The position numbers and the translations under genes are program-made. Positions 1 through 10,225 of a stretch of DNA of 64,000 nt are shown here, piece after piece. The first letter of the stretch is position 1; each line of letters begins with the position of its first letter. The notes under the pieces were generated by a model. That model saw only the letters and a list, made by a program, of their open reading frames with translations, ran no database searches and was not told the DNA's origin. The stretch spans positions 288,001 through 352,000 of the forward strand of contig OZ252100.1 of the NCBI GenBank assembly GCA_965248435.1, read 5' to 3'. Source of the DNA: Candidatus Latescibacterota bacterium. Lineage in GTDB: Bacteria > Latescibacterota > UBA2968 > GCA-2709665.

Positions 1-1798
1 CTGTGAGGCCTCCCTCCCATTTCCCTGAGATAGCCGCCCTGAGGGCGTTCGCCCTTCCCCTGGTAGAGTGTTCCTCCTCGAGCGTGGCCATGTAGGAGGG
101 GCACATCGTGCCACTCAGCTTCTTCCTGCACTCACCCACCCCATTGCACATTTCTACTGCCCGGTGAAATCCTCCGTCTGCCGAAAAATCGAAGTGAGTT
201 TCGAACTCCTGAGCGCTATAGTGGGGTCCGTACCTGAGATTCTGGGTCATCATCTGAGCATCGACGATCTTCCCCGGGTTCATCAACCCCCGAGGGTCGA
301 AGGCACGTTTCACTTCTCGGAATGCTTCGTAAAGCTTGCTCCCGAAGATCTGCTCATTCCAACAACTGCGAACCAGACCGTCACCGTGTTCTCCACTCAT
401 CGCGCCCCCGTATTTCAAGGCAAGCTCCATGGTCCGCTCGGCGATGGTCCTCATCCTTCGGATATCTTGCTCCCTCTTCAGGTTGATCATGGGGCGAACG
501 TGGAGCAACCCCACGCTTGCGTGCGCGTAATAGCCCGCCGTTGTCCCGTTCGAAGTGATGACCTCGTGCAGCTCCGCGATGTAATCGTGCAGCGCCTCCG
601 TCGGAACTGCTGCATCCTCGATAAAGGCGATCGGCTTCTTGTCTCCCTTGACCCCCATCAGCAGGCCTAAGCCTGCCTTACGCACGTTCCACACATTGTC
701 CTGATCCTCCTGAGCTACGGCCCGCGTGAATGCGTAACCCAGGCCTTTACGTTTGAGGCTCTCTTCCAGCTCAGCCAATTTCGGAACCAATTCATCCTGG
801 GTTTCTCCGAAATATTCCACGGCGAGCGCAGCACCGGGATCTCCCTCGATCCAGCCTCTCTGCCTGGCAAGGGATAGGGACCCCTTCGTCTGGTCCATGA
901 TCATTTTGTCCATCAGCTCCAAGGCCGCAGGACCGGTCTCCAGGATTGGAACGACCGCTTTCATCGCCTCGAGCAAATCATGGAACTGGGCGACGCCCAG
1001 GACTTTGGCCTTCGGGAGAGGAACCAGGTGCAGTTTAGCACCCACGATCGTGGCCAGGGTCCCCTCCGACCCAACGACCATCCTGCACATGTTGAACGGC
1101 TCACCTTTGGTAAATTCGTCCAGGTTGTATCCGCCGACACGGCGAAGCACTTTCGGATAGCGCCGCCCTATCTCTTCGCGGTGAACCGCGGCCAGGCGAA
1201 CAACCTCTCGGTAGCATTGACCTTCCAGGTCTTTTTGGTCCATCTTTCGGTGAAGTCCATCCTCGTTCAGTTCGCAAAAAGTGACCTCAGAACCATCTGC
1301 CAGAATGACCTGTAGCTCAGAGACGTGGTCGATCGTCTTCCCATAAACAATCGAATGCGCCCCTGAGGAATTGTTCGAAATCATTCCCCCGATATTGGCG
1401 CGATTGCTCGTGGCCACGTCGGGCGCGAACTGGAGACCGTGGGGTCTCAGGTAGGCGTTGAGCTCGTCCAGCACCACACCCGGTTCGACCCTCACCCAGC
1501 ACTCATCCGTATTTAGCTCAAGGACTCTGTTCACGTGCTTGGAAAAGTCTAGAATCAAGGCCTTGCCGATCGACTGCCCGGCAAGCGCAGTCCCCCCGCC
1601 TCGAGGAAGGATGGGTACGCCATAGTCGCTCGCAATGCGCACCACCTTCTTCACATCCGCCCTGTGCTTTGGAATCACGACGCCCAGAGGCTCAATCTGG
1701 TATATGCTTGCGTCTGTACTGTATAGCAGACGTGAAACCCTGTCGAACCTGACTTCGCCCTCAATCGAGCCTTTCAGGGCATTGACCAAATCTTCCAA
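1..1798 (-). CDS. FAD-linked oxidase / Fe-S protein (GlcD/YdiJ-like), 3' end runs off the window
   Basis: Not in the ORF track. Manual translation from TTG at 1798 (RBS AAGAGG): LEDLVNALKGSIEGEVRFDRVSRLLYSTDASIYQIEPLGVVIP...PRGGGTALAGQSIG...VEPGVVLDELN...IGGMISNNSSGAHS, the typical FAD_binding_4 N-terminus. Confidence 0.85.
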   Translation of the reverse strand, partial: MEDLVNALKGSIEGEVRFDRVSRLLYSTDASIYQIEPLGVVIPKHRADVKKVVRIASDYGVPILPRGGGTALAGQSIGKALILDFSKHVNRVLELNTDECWVRVEPGVVLDELNAYLRPHGLQFAPDVATSNRANIGGMISNNSSGAHSIVYGKTIDHVSELQVILADGSEVTFCELNEDGLHRKMDQKDLEGQCYREVVRLAAVHREEIGRRYPKVLRRVGGYNLDEFTKGEPFNMCRMVVGSEGTLATIVGAKLHLVPLPKAKVLGVAQFHDLLEAMKAVVPILETGPAALELMDKMIMDQTKGSLSLARQRGWIEGDPGAALAVEYFGETQDELVPKLAELEESLKRKGLGYAFTRAVAQEDQDNVWNVRKAGLGLLMGVKGDKKPIAFIEDAAVPTEALHDYIAELHEVITSNGTTAGYYAHASVGLLHVRPMINLKREQDIRRMRTIAERTMELALKYGGAMSGEHGDGLVRSCWNEQIFGSKLYEAFREVKRAFDPRGLMNPGKIVDAQMMTQNLRYGPHYSAQEFETHFDFSADGGFHRAVEMCNGVGECRKKLSGTMCPSYMATLEEEHSTRGRANALRAAISGKWEGGLT

Positions 1799-1839
1799 AT
1801 GAAACCTCTTCGAAAAGCTACCGGTTCACGGCTTCAGGG

Positions 1840-2646
1840 TTATCCTTCCCCCCGCTTCCGATGCCGATTCTTGATATCGGCGGGTTTCGCGGCGGGCCAC
1901 GTTTCGTTCCGGAACCCTTCCGGCCGGGGCTTGTCCTTTTGGCCCTTAGCGTCTCCCGGCTTCACCCGCTTAAACGAACTCTTACGGAAGGCATCTTCAC
2001 TTCCTTCGGAACTTGGACGCTTTTGTGCAGGGCTGGGTCTACTTTGTGCGCGATACTTTGTTGTCTGATTCGGGCGCTTGGAACGCTTCTCGTCTGCGCC
2101 GGGTTCGCCTTCCGTGCGGTCTGCCTTGGGCCACGCTACAGGGCGGACTTCGTTTCGGGCGGCATCCTCTTCTTTTCGCTCGACCCTGGGCCACTCGACG
2201 GCTTGTGGTTTCTTCGCTTCACCCTCACCATCCTTCCCGACATGGGGCCAGGCTACAGACTGCACGCTTCCCTCGGTCCTTTCCAGAACTCTTTTCACGA
2301 TCTCAATCAACTCGTCCGCCGTCGCAGGAAGATCGACTCTTCCGGCGATCCCCTGGATTTCAATGCGTTTTTGGGTGAGATCTCCCAGTTCACCCGATGT
2401 ATGGACCACGATAGGAACGGATACCGTCTCTGCCCTTCCTCGAAGCGTACGGGATAACGCAAAATCTTCCTCGATGAACATCAAGGCATTGATCATGATG
2501 AGGTCGGGACGCTCCGTGTACGCCGCTCGGATACCTTCGGCCCGAGTCTCGGTCAGAATCACCGAGTGGGGGGTCCGATGCCGGAGGAGTCCGCAGAGTG
2601 CGCGGTGTTGCTCTGGATTGCCGTCGATCAAGAGAATCTTTGCCAT
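1840..2646 (-). CDS. Atypical response-regulator receiver protein with a disordered C-terminal tail
   Basis: KILLIDG...PDLIMINALM receiver fold. Asn sits at the phospho-Asp position. Charged low-complexity tail. Confidence 0.7.
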   Translation of the reverse strand: MAKILLIDGNPEQHRALCGLLRHRTPHSVILTETRAEGIRAAYTERPDLIMINALMFIEEDFALSRTLRGRAETVSVPIVVHTSGELGDLTQKRIEIQGIAGRVDLPATADELIEIVKRVLERTEGSVQSVAWPHVGKDGEGEAKKPQAVEWPRVERKEEDAARNEVRPVAWPKADRTEGEPGADEKRSKRPNQTTKYRAQSRPSPAQKRPSSEGSEDAFRKSSFKRVKPGDAKGQKDKPRPEGFRNETWPAAKPADIKNRHRKRGEG

Positions 2647-2649
2647 GTT

Positions 2650-3573
2650 CTAACGTTCACGATCCTCTGCAACCTGCTCTCTCAGAATCAATGTCAGCCT
2701 TGTGCGTGCGATCTTTTTTATGTCCTCGTCTTGATCGAATGAAAGCTGCTTGAGGGCTTCCATCGTCACGCTCGGATTCTCTACGACAGCCCTTCGAACG
2801 GCCACCTCTTTATCGGACGCAAGGCGGATCAACCCTGGAGATGGCATAGAATTGTGCTCCGCTGCCGCCTTCCGCACCGCTACGACAGGGTCAAAGATGA
2901 GTCCAACAAGTACTGCGGGGGAAGTGCCCGAATTTCTTGCCGCCTCTACTCGAAAACTATCATCCTCGCTCACTGAGAACCCTTCCATAACCCGCAGCGG
3001 GGTGTGTGCGTTTTTTGCGACTGACAAGCGAACGCTTCGTTCATCGTCTCTGGACAGGATGTCCAGGATGAGCGGATCTGTGTTGGGGTTCAGGGAGACT
3101 TTTCGCCTCACTGAAATGGACTCGTCGCCGGCGAGATTTCGGAGCACCACCGGAGATACTTTCGGGTTGCTTGCCAGCCCCACCCTGACGATCTCTGCGT
3201 AGTCGGTTGCCAGGGCGAACATCGCGTCGTCCGGGATCTTATCGTTCAGGGCCACGGCCCATCGAACGGTTTGGTTCGGATCCTGCGAAAGCCTCAGGAG
3301 CGCGGAATCCGGCGTGGATGGATTAAAGCCGACATAGAAACGGACGCCGGAGTCTTCGTCCATCGATAGCCTCGCGAGAATCCTGGGGTTTCTGGTCCGC
3401 TTCGCCCGCAACTTCTGCTCCTTGTTCAGTTTCTGCGACTTCTGCATCAGCTGCAAAAACTCTGCATCGTCGACTTCAAGGGTATCAAAGTCTCTTTGAG
3501 CGAATACGATGTGATGTCCGAGAAAGATGAGGGCACACACAAACATCATCGTGCGAAACCGGGTCAATTTCAT
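2650..3573 (-). CDS. Exported HEAT / leucine-rich-variant repeat protein
   Basis: Signal peptide, then about 24-aa repeats of the form L..D....VR..VA.NP.T. Confidence 0.75.
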   Translation of the reverse strand: MKLTRFRTMMFVCALIFLGHHIVFAQRDFDTLEVDDAEFLQLMQKSQKLNKEQKLRAKRTRNPRILARLSMDEDSGVRFYVGFNPSTPDSALLRLSQDPNQTVRWAVALNDKIPDDAMFALATDYAEIVRVGLASNPKVSPVVLRNLAGDESISVRRKVSLNPNTDPLILDILSRDDERSVRLSVAKNAHTPLRVMEGFSVSEDDSFRVEAARNSGTSPAVLVGLIFDPVVAVRKAAAEHNSMPSPGLIRLASDKEVAVRRAVVENPSVTMEALKQLSFDQDEDIKKIARTRLTLILREQVAEDRER

Positions 3574-3592
3574 CCTCGCTTTAGAAAAATTA

Positions 3593-4735
3593 TTATCGAG
3601 ACAAGCTCTGTGCGCTTACGTCTTCAAACCTGATCGTTTCATACCCGACCTCACAGGGGTGTCCGGGAGCGACCTTCAAAATTCTTTTGTCGGGTCGGCA
3701 GATCGTTGACCAGATCGTACCCCAGCCTTCACGCCTCCCGATCTCATCGGGATTCCCTCCGTGAATTCCAGCGCAAATCGTGCAGTGATGGTCCGACAAA
3801 ATTTCTTCGGCGAGGGTTTCGTCAACCTCTCCAATACGTTCCCGGAGTATGCCTTCTGTGTGTTCGTATCGGATCCTGGAGTGTCTTGAGCGCTCAGAAA
3901 CATCTTCCTCGCCAAGCATGTGATTGGTCGAGATCAGAACTCCGTTCTCCGGCCTTCGCACCTTTACGTTTCCGGGCTCGGCCTCGACGACAACTGCCCG
4001 CCCGTTGCTGTCGGTGATCAGGTAGGCCATCGAACGAAGGTGATACACAGACGTCAGAATTTGTTCTGCCTCTTCCACGCTACTGCAAGTTTCAGCGATT
4101 GTGTCGACCAGTAGATTCCACTGCAGGCCCGGTTCAGCGGGCTCTCGACGGGGCAGGGACGAGATGATGACACACAGGCCATTCTCGTTGAGGCAGTCCG
4201 GATGGCCTGCCCAATGGTGCGTATATGAAATGAAAGGCGTTACGCCCTCTGAATGAACGTGTCTGAGCTCGCACCATTTCAGGTCGGAGTAGACCCAGTC
4301 GTAGTTTCTACCCACAATAACAGCACGGTTTCGAGTAGCGGGGGGAAGTGCGGAAAACCCCGTACACCCACGAAGTACGCCTTCTCGTCGAGCGAAAAAG
4401 TAGAATGTAAATCTCCCCCTGTCGAACCCGCCGCCCTTTATCATCCCTTCATAAGATTCAACGAGGGGGGCGTACAACTTTTTCGCTTCCCGCAGACATT
4501 CCAGCGCGTAGGCACTGTCCCGTTTGGTAGCCGTCGGCATTGGAAGTTCGCCGATCTCACGTCCTCGCTTCAGCCCAATCTCGTAGTGGGTTCCCTTATA
4601 GCTGTTTATCTTCAAAATGGGCCTGGATAAAGAAACCTTGAACTGGGACCTGTGCCGGAAAATCGGAGAAACTGTTGGACAAATGTAAACCATCGCCGAG
4701 TGCAGGTCAAGGTCGCGAGACATTGTGAAAGACAT
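3593..4735 (-). CDS. C45 family autoproteolytic acyltransferase/hydrolase (true start probably nearer 4615)
   Basis: GCTGFS nucleophile motif, IVGRNYDW, LNENGL, STNH. Confidence 0.75.
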   Translation of the reverse strand: MSFTMSRDLDLHSAMVYICPTVSPIFRHRSQFKVSLSRPILKINSYKGTHYEIGLKRGREIGELPMPTATKRDSAYALECLREAKKLYAPLVESYEGMIKGGGFDRGRFTFYFFARREGVLRGCTGFSALPPATRNRAVIVGRNYDWVYSDLKWCELRHVHSEGVTPFISYTHHWAGHPDCLNENGLCVIISSLPRREPAEPGLQWNLLVDTIAETCSSVEEAEQILTSVYHLRSMAYLITDSNGRAVVVEAEPGNVKVRRPENGVLISTNHMLGEEDVSERSRHSRIRYEHTEGILRERIGEVDETLAEEILSDHHCTICAGIHGGNPDEIGRREGWGTIWSTICRPDKRILKVAPGHPCEVGYETIRFEDVSAQSLSR

Positions 4736-4870
4736 ACAGCATCTCCACCAGTTTCGGCATCAAAGCGCTTGACTCCATTCCAACTAATCCCTAATGTTTT
4801 TGGTACGCATGGACACGAGGAATTTCTGCGCCGATTCTTCGATTTATCCGATACATTCAACGGACATCCG

Positions 4871-5242
4871 ATGGCTGAAGATGTGTTCCAGATTCTGGTC
4901 GTTGATGACGATCCCGACATGAGGGAAATGCTGCAGTTATTGGTCACAAACATGGGCTACAATGCATTAGAGGCAGGGAAGGCCAAGGATGCGCTACAAT
5001 TCATCGAAAGAGGAAAAGCTGACCTTGTCCTGTTAGACCTGAACATGCCGGGAGCCAGCGGCATGGATCTGCTTACCGTTCTGCAGCGCCGAAGGTTGGA
5101 GGTGCCCATCATCATCGTCTCGGCCTACGTTTCCCAGGACATCGCAGGCCAGTTGGCGGAAAAAGGCGTGAAGGGCATCGTCGCAAAGCCTTTCAAGAAG
5201 GATCGAATCGAAGGAGAGATCCGACGCGTGCTCGGCCAGTAG
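4871..5242 (+). CDS. Single-domain response regulator (CheY-like)
   Basis: ILVVDDD...LVLLDLNMPGASG...IIIVSA...KPF. Start taken at ATG 4871. Confidence 0.85.
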   Translation: MAEDVFQILVVDDDPDMREMLQLLVTNMGYNALEAGKAKDALQFIERGKADLVLLDLNMPGASGMDLLTVLQRRRLEVPIIIVSAYVSQDIAGQLAEKGVKGIVAKPFKKDRIEGEIRRVLGQ

Positions 5243-5290
5243 AGGGCACGCAGTCGACCGAACCTACGTGAACACGCTTGGGAAGGTCTG

Positions 5291-7741
5291 ATGTCAGCAA
5301 TCCCGTTCTTCAAAAAGCGGCGGAGCATCATTTCCGCCGCCGTTTTTTTCCTGGTCGTCGGCTCTGCTGTCTACTGGATTACGAGGGCAGGCGGCCGCAA
5401 GGCTGGTGCTGAACCCATCCACCAGGCTGAAGCTCTGAAGAATCGCGACGGGTCGCGAAAGTATGCGAACCATCTGGTTCACGAGACGAGCCCCTACCTG
5501 CTCCTTCACGCGCACAATCCAGTAGACTGGTATCCGTGGGGTCCGGAGGCACTCGAGCGGGCGAAGAAGGAAGACAAACCGATCTTCCTCTCTGTGGGTT
5601 ATTCCACTTGTTACTGGTGTCACGTCATGGAACGTCTCGTGTTCTCCAACGCCGAAATCGCCGACTTGATGAATCGATGGTTTATCAATATCAAGGTCGA
5701 CCGGGAAGAACGTCCCGATCTGGATGAGGTTTATATGACGGCCACTCAGATCTTTACGGGCCACGGAGGCTGGCCCAATTCGGTCTTCCTTACGCCAGAT
5801 CTCAAACCCTTTTTCGCGGGAACGTATTTCCCGCCTGAAGAAGATGAGAAGTTTGGGCGGCCCAGCTTCCCCAGAGTGCTTCAGGCCATGCACGATATGT
5901 GGGAGACGAGGAGGCAGGAAGTCGAACAGCAGTCCGAAAAGGTAATCCAGATCATCGAACGCCTGCAGGAGACGCGGGACGCCGACGCGGACTCCGTCTC
6001 TCTAGATCGGAACATTCTCGAGAACGCATTGGCCCAGCTATACGATACCTACGATTCCGAGCACGGCGGCTTCGGTGGCGCACCAAAGTTCCCGTCAGAT
6101 CAGGCTATCATCTTTCTTTTGGACGAGTACGAGCGCGCCGGCGAGTCAAAGCCGCTCGAAACCGCTCGGCACACGCTGCAAGAAATGCAAATGGGTGGCA
6201 TACACGATCACCTGGGAGGTGGATTCCATAGATATGCGACCGACGGACTCTGGCGCGTGCCCCATTTCGAGAAGATGCTATACAATCAGGCACTCCTCGC
6301 GAAGGCCTACCTGAAAGGATACAAACTCACGAATGAGGAGGATTTCAGGCGATCAGCCGAGGGCATCTTTCACTTCGTAAACCGGGTCATGACATCGCCT
6401 GAGGGTGGATTCTATTCCGCATTGGACTCCGAGACCGAAGGCGTGGAGGGCGAGTACTATCTCTGGACGGAGGACGAAATCAGGCAGGTGCTCGGAAATG
6501 ATTCGGATCTCTTTCTCAATGCTTATGGGCTCGCGCCGATGCCTGAAGGGTCTAAAGGGGTCCTCTACATGCCGCAGCCTTTGGAGGTCAGCGCGAAGAC
6601 TGCGGGCATGGAGGTGAACGACCTCATTGAAAAACTTGCGCGATTCAAACAGAGGCTCCTCGAATCGAGACAGGCGCGCCCGTCTCCCCTCCTCGATACG
6701 AAGATCGTCACGGCGTGGAATGGCATGATGATCGACGCGTATGCCTACGGCTACGAAGTCCTCGGGAAGTCGGAGTATCTGCGGTCTGCGCACCGTGCAG
6801 CCGAGTTCATTCTGAATCACCTGAAGGGCAAGGACGGAACCTTGATGCGCACCTACCGCATAGGAAGGGCAAACTACGAGGCCTATCAGGAGGATTACGC
6901 CTTCCTGGCCCAGGGTCTACTGGCCATACATCGGGCAACGGGCGAAGAAAGATACCTTCAGCTGGCAAAGGACGTTGCCGATGAGATGCAGGATCGGTTC
7001 TGGGATCCAAACGGGGGTGGGTTTTATTTTACACAGGACCCAGACCAGCTGATTGTCCGGATCAAGAACCCGACCGATTCGGCGATCCCCTCGGGCAACT
7101 CCGAGGGGGTGAACCTCCTTCTAGACCTGGCCGATCTGACCGGCGAGCAGGCTTACCGGGAGAGGGCGGAGCGCACGCTGTCCGCCTTTGCGGGTCGGCT
7201 GAAGGAGAGTCCGAGATTCTTCAACCGGATGCTTCAGGGGCTGGCGCTCTACCTGGAACACGCAACGCCTCAGATCGCATCGGCGCAAACCAGAAATCTG
7301 AGGTCGCCCTCTCTCCCGAAGGTCTCAGAGGGTCACGTCAAAGGGGTCGCTCGGCTCAGCACAGACCGTCCCGCAGCGGGCGAGCCGTTCGAGGCCATCG
7401 TAACGATTCAGGTCGCCGCGGGATGGCACATCAACGCGAACCCTGCCTCACTGGAATTCCTCGTACCGACCGAACTTAGTTTCAAGTCAGACGTGGCGTT
7501 GGATGTCATCTCGATCGAATACCCGACCGGAGCCGAGATTGATCTGGGATTCGCAGATCAGCCACTTCTCGTATATGATGGCAGGGTCAAACTCCGGGCT
7601 ACGCTCAAACTGCGTCCGGGGGTAGCGCCAGGCACTCGCGGACAGATGACTCTTACCGTTGAATATCAAGCCTGCGATGACGCTCGCTGTCTGCCCCCCT
7701 CCTCACTGAAGCTCCCCCTAGAGTTCACTGTTTCGTCGTAG
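5291..7741 (+). CDS. YyaL/DUF255 thioredoxin + alpha/alpha-toroid protein with a C-terminal DsbD-N-like domain
   Basis: [46 protein letters not shown]-terminus has GWHINANP...[12 protein letters not shown]. Confidence 0.85.
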   Translation: MSAIPFFKKRRSIISAAVFFLVVGSAVYWITRAGGRKAGAEPIHQAEALKNRDGSRKYANHLVHETSPYLLLHAHNPVDWYPWGPEALERAKKEDKPIFLSVGYSTCYWCHVMERLVFSNAEIADLMNRWFINIKVDREERPDLDEVYMTATQIFTGHGGWPNSVFLTPDLKPFFAGTYFPPEEDEKFGRPSFPRVLQAMHDMWETRRQEVEQQSEKVIQIIERLQETRDADADSVSLDRNILENALAQLYDTYDSEHGGFGGAPKFPSDQAIIFLLDEYERAGESKPLETARHTLQEMQMGGIHDHLGGGFHRYATDGLWRVPHFEKMLYNQALLAKAYLKGYKLTNEEDFRRSAEGIFHFVNRVMTSPEGGFYSALDSETEGVEGEYYLWTEDEIRQVLGNDSDLFLNAYGLAPMPEGSKGVLYMPQPLEVSAKTAGMEVNDLIEKLARFKQRLLESRQARPSPLLDTKIVTAWNGMMIDAYAYGYEVLGKSEYLRSAHRAAEFILNHLKGKDGTLMRTYRIGRANYEAYQEDYAFLAQGLLAIHRATGEERYLQLAKDVADEMQDRFWDPNGGGFYFTQDPDQLIVRIKNPTDSAIPSGNSEGVNLLLDLADLTGEQAYRERAERTLSAFAGRLKESPRFFNRMLQGLALYLEHATPQIASAQTRNLRSPSLPKVSEGHVKGVARLSTDRPAAGEPFEAIVTIQVAAGWHINANPASLEFLVPTELSFKSDVALDVISIEYPTGAEIDLGFADQPLLVYDGRVKLRATLKLRPGVAPGTRGQMTLTVEYQACDDARCLPPSSLKLPLEFTVSS

Positions 7742-7910
7742 CCTGCGAGCCGCAGATTCCTTTTCCCCACCGACAGAAACGCCCACCACACAGCGATTTC
7801 TCTTGTGCTGTTAAAGATTCCACTGACTGTGTACCCAAGCCATCGCCTGCTCCAGCGCTTTCGCGCGATTAGAACTGATTTCTTGCCGATAAATTAGCTG
7901 GAGAAAAGAA

Positions 7911-8321
7911 ATGAAGCGAGTGCTCTTTGTCTGCACCGGCAATTCATGCCGCAGCCAGATGGCGGAAGGCCTGCTGAGGCATCTGGGCAATGAGCGATTC
8001 CAGGCCTTCAGCGCCGGGACGAATCCGTCAACCGTCCATCCCTTGGCCATCAAGGCGATGGATGAACTGGAGGTGGACATATCCGGACAGGCCTCCAAAG
8101 GCCTCGAGGTCTTCTCTGGAAAAGCGTTTGATAACGTCATCACCGTCTGCGACCTTGCCAGAGAAAGCTGTTCTGTCTTTCCCGGTGAAGGCCGCCAGCT
8201 TCACTGGAGTTTCGAGGACCCTGCGGAGGCTGGGGGCAGCGAAGAAGAACGGATGGATGTATTTCGCAGTGTTCGGGACCAGATTCGACAGCAAATTGAG
8301 AGATTTTTGACCGAGCCCTGA
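7911..8321 (+). CDS. arsC: Arsenate reductase, thioredoxin-dependent LMW-PTP type
   Basis: VLFVCTGNSCRSQMAEG P-loop, ITVCD....C, HWSFEDP. Confidence 0.85.
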   Translation: MKRVLFVCTGNSCRSQMAEGLLRHLGNERFQAFSAGTNPSTVHPLAIKAMDELEVDISGQASKGLEVFSGKAFDNVITVCDLARESCSVFPGEGRQLHWSFEDPAEAGGSEEERMDVFRSVRDQIRQQIERFLTEP

Positions 8322-8403
8322 GGCGTGATCGCTACCGGAAATGAATACAGCCTGCTGCAAAGTCTGCGGCAGGCTTTCCTTTGCATTACCATCTCATCGT
8401 TGT

Positions 8404-9050
8404 TCATGAAACCCTGGCGGTCATGAGCCCCCACAGCCAGTTGATTTTATACTTCTCAACGTGGATGTTCCTAAAATTGGCCGCCCTCAGAAGGTGTTCG
8501 AGCTCTCTTCTGCGATAGGTTTTGAAATGGGCCGCGTCGACGATCTTCAGAAACAGATCGCATACGCGGCAGGACAGGTAATCGTCGCACCAGTCCGTGA
8601 TCACGACTCTGCCTGTGGGCTTCAAGACCCTGATGATTTCGTTCAGACAGGTCTCCGGTTTCCGCCAGTAATGAAATGTATTGCAGGAAACAACGACATC
8701 GAAGCTTTGGGAGCGGAGCGGAAGGACCTGAGCCTGACCGGCAAGAAATTGGGCACGATTGCCCGATTTTTTACAAGCTACGCGCAGCATTTCACTGCTG
8801 ATGTCGACTCCCACCAAGCCGATAGAAGGATACTTGGCCAGGATAGCCTGGAACAGCGTGGCAGTTCCACACCCGATATCCAGTAGCCTATCAGAGTTTG
8901 TAAGTCCAATCGTTTTAGTGTCTCGCCGAGTGTCGCCTGAATGTAATATGACCAGCGCCGGTCATAACGAGATGCGACCCGGTCGTACTCACGCCTGATC
9001 GCGTCCTCGCTGTTTGATATGCGAACCATTTGCTTCTCGCCTGGCGCCAC
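8404..9050 (-). pseudogene. Class I SAM-dependent methyltransferase split by a 1-nt frameshift
   Basis: N-terminal YDRVASRYDRRWSYY is in one frame. Motif I (RLLDIGCGT) and GVDISSEML are in another. The shift is at the short run at 8897-8899. Confidence 0.7.
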
Positions 9051-9137
9051 GACTCAAGCGCATCTTCCCCGATCCTATTACGGGAATGCCCGGCATGTCG
9101 ACTCAGCCCCAGAAAACTCCGTGCCCTTCATACTACT

Positions 9138-9165
9138 TTTATACCGATCTAAGAGCTTATGTCAA
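9138..9165 (-). promoter_or_regulatory. Sigma70-type promoter for the methyltransferase gene
   Basis: TTGACA-16 bp-TATAAA on the minus strand. Confidence 0.45.
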
Positions 9166-9470
9166 GGTCCCCTCAGGCTCGAGCTGCATCGCAAACCACC
9201 TGTGGAGCGCGGTATGACGGCCGTAACGACTGACCAGGAGGTGAAGCAAAGGGCTGGAGCAATCCAGACGTAACCCTTGAGACTCTCAGGCAGGAGTTTC
9301 CGGAAGGATTAGATCAAAAGGACGTGTTGAGAAGATAGAGATGCGGCGAGCGAGGGAGGGAATACTGTCTGAGATGGAATGGCCACGATGAGCAGGAAAG
9401 TGAGGGATTTTTTGACCAAAGTGATCGATCTTTCCGAGGTTTAAGGGTAAAGAACCGCGCAATATCTTAA

Positions 9471-9499
9471 AACTTACTCATCTCGTGCAATGGAGTCAA
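9471..9499 (-). promoter_or_regulatory. Sigma70-type promoter upstream of the short ORF at 9309-9419
   Basis: TTGACT-17 bp-TAAGTT on the minus strand. Confidence 0.4.
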
Positions 9500-9539
9500 T
9501 CTCATGCTTCGGATACCAGTCCGGGAGAGAAAAATACAG

Positions 9540-9917
9540 CTATGTTTCGAGCCAGCGGACAACAGGCAGGAGTCCATACGCGATAAATGCACCCGTCATG
9601 TAGATCACAAGCGACGCCCAGAACAGTAACTTTGTAAAGCGGCCTGCCACCTCACAACCCTTACCTCCTGTGATCGAACAGGCCATTCTACCATGAGGTC
9701 GGAGAGTCAGTATACCGCTTAAAAAGATGAGCAATCCGGCTGTGGGAAATAGCCAACCTTTGTTGCGGGAAAGGGGGATGAGCCAGGGAAGCGTCGTGAG
9801 GAGTGTTCCCAAGGCAGCGCCCCCGGCCACGCCCGCAATGGCAGCCGGCAGGGCACAGCACAGGAGCGTGCCTGTCGAAGTAAACAGCCCGAGAAGGTTG
9901 GCCACCTGCTGTTTCAT
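9540..9917 (-). CDS. MerT/MerF-like metal transport membrane protein (CC form)
   Basis: TLLCCALPA in TM1, three TM segments, loop C..C (ACSITGGKGC). Confidence 0.7.
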   Translation of the reverse strand: MKQQVANLLGLFTSTGTLLCCALPAAIAGVAGGAALGTLLTTLPWLIPLSRNKGWLFPTAGLLIFLSGILTLRPHGRMACSITGGKGCEVAGRFTKLLFWASLVIYMTGAFIAYGLLPVVRWLET

Positions 9918-9929
9918 TTCACGGTGCCT

Positions 9930-10207
9930 CTACAAAAACCTTGGCAGCCACATACCGATGGTGAGGCCGGTGGCCCCCCATACGATCCGTCGCGCCCAGA
10001 GACTCCTCAGTCCCCTGCAATGCATCAGATAATGCGCACGTCCCAAGAATAGATAGTGAGCCCAAGCAGAAAGGGTATCCACTGACTTGCTGCCACCCGG
10101 GCAGCGCTTGAGCCTGCCAGTCCCATCAGGGCCAGTATGGCAGGGAGCGCTCAGCACCAGGGCGTACCGACCAACACGGCTGTTAGAGTTGATGCTTTCT
10201 CTTTCAA
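9930..10207 (-). pseudogene. MerT-like selenoprotein (CU form) with one frameshift near 10052
   Basis: TTG start with upstream GGAG. Reads MKEKASTLTAVLVGTPWC-TGA-ALPAILALMGLAG... and continues after a 1-nt shift as LFLGRAHYL...RIVWGATGLTIGMWLPRFL. Confidence 0.6.
10113..10144 (-). promoter_or_regulatory. Putative bacterial SECIS element
   Basis: CCTGCCA...CCC-TGAT-GGG...TGGCAGG hairpin. The loop is 22 nt after the UGA (10151-10153) and has G at position 2. Confidence 0.5.
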
Positions 10208-10225
10208 CTCTTGGTTCTCCCGAAA

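Noticed and set aside
68-1502. Short ORFs listed in the track
   Set aside because: They are shadows of the minus-strand FAD oxidase gene that runs off the window.
9930-10157. 75-aa ORF as an independent gene
   Set aside because: Only its 3' half looks protein-like, and it is the frameshifted C-terminus of the Sec MerT-like gene.
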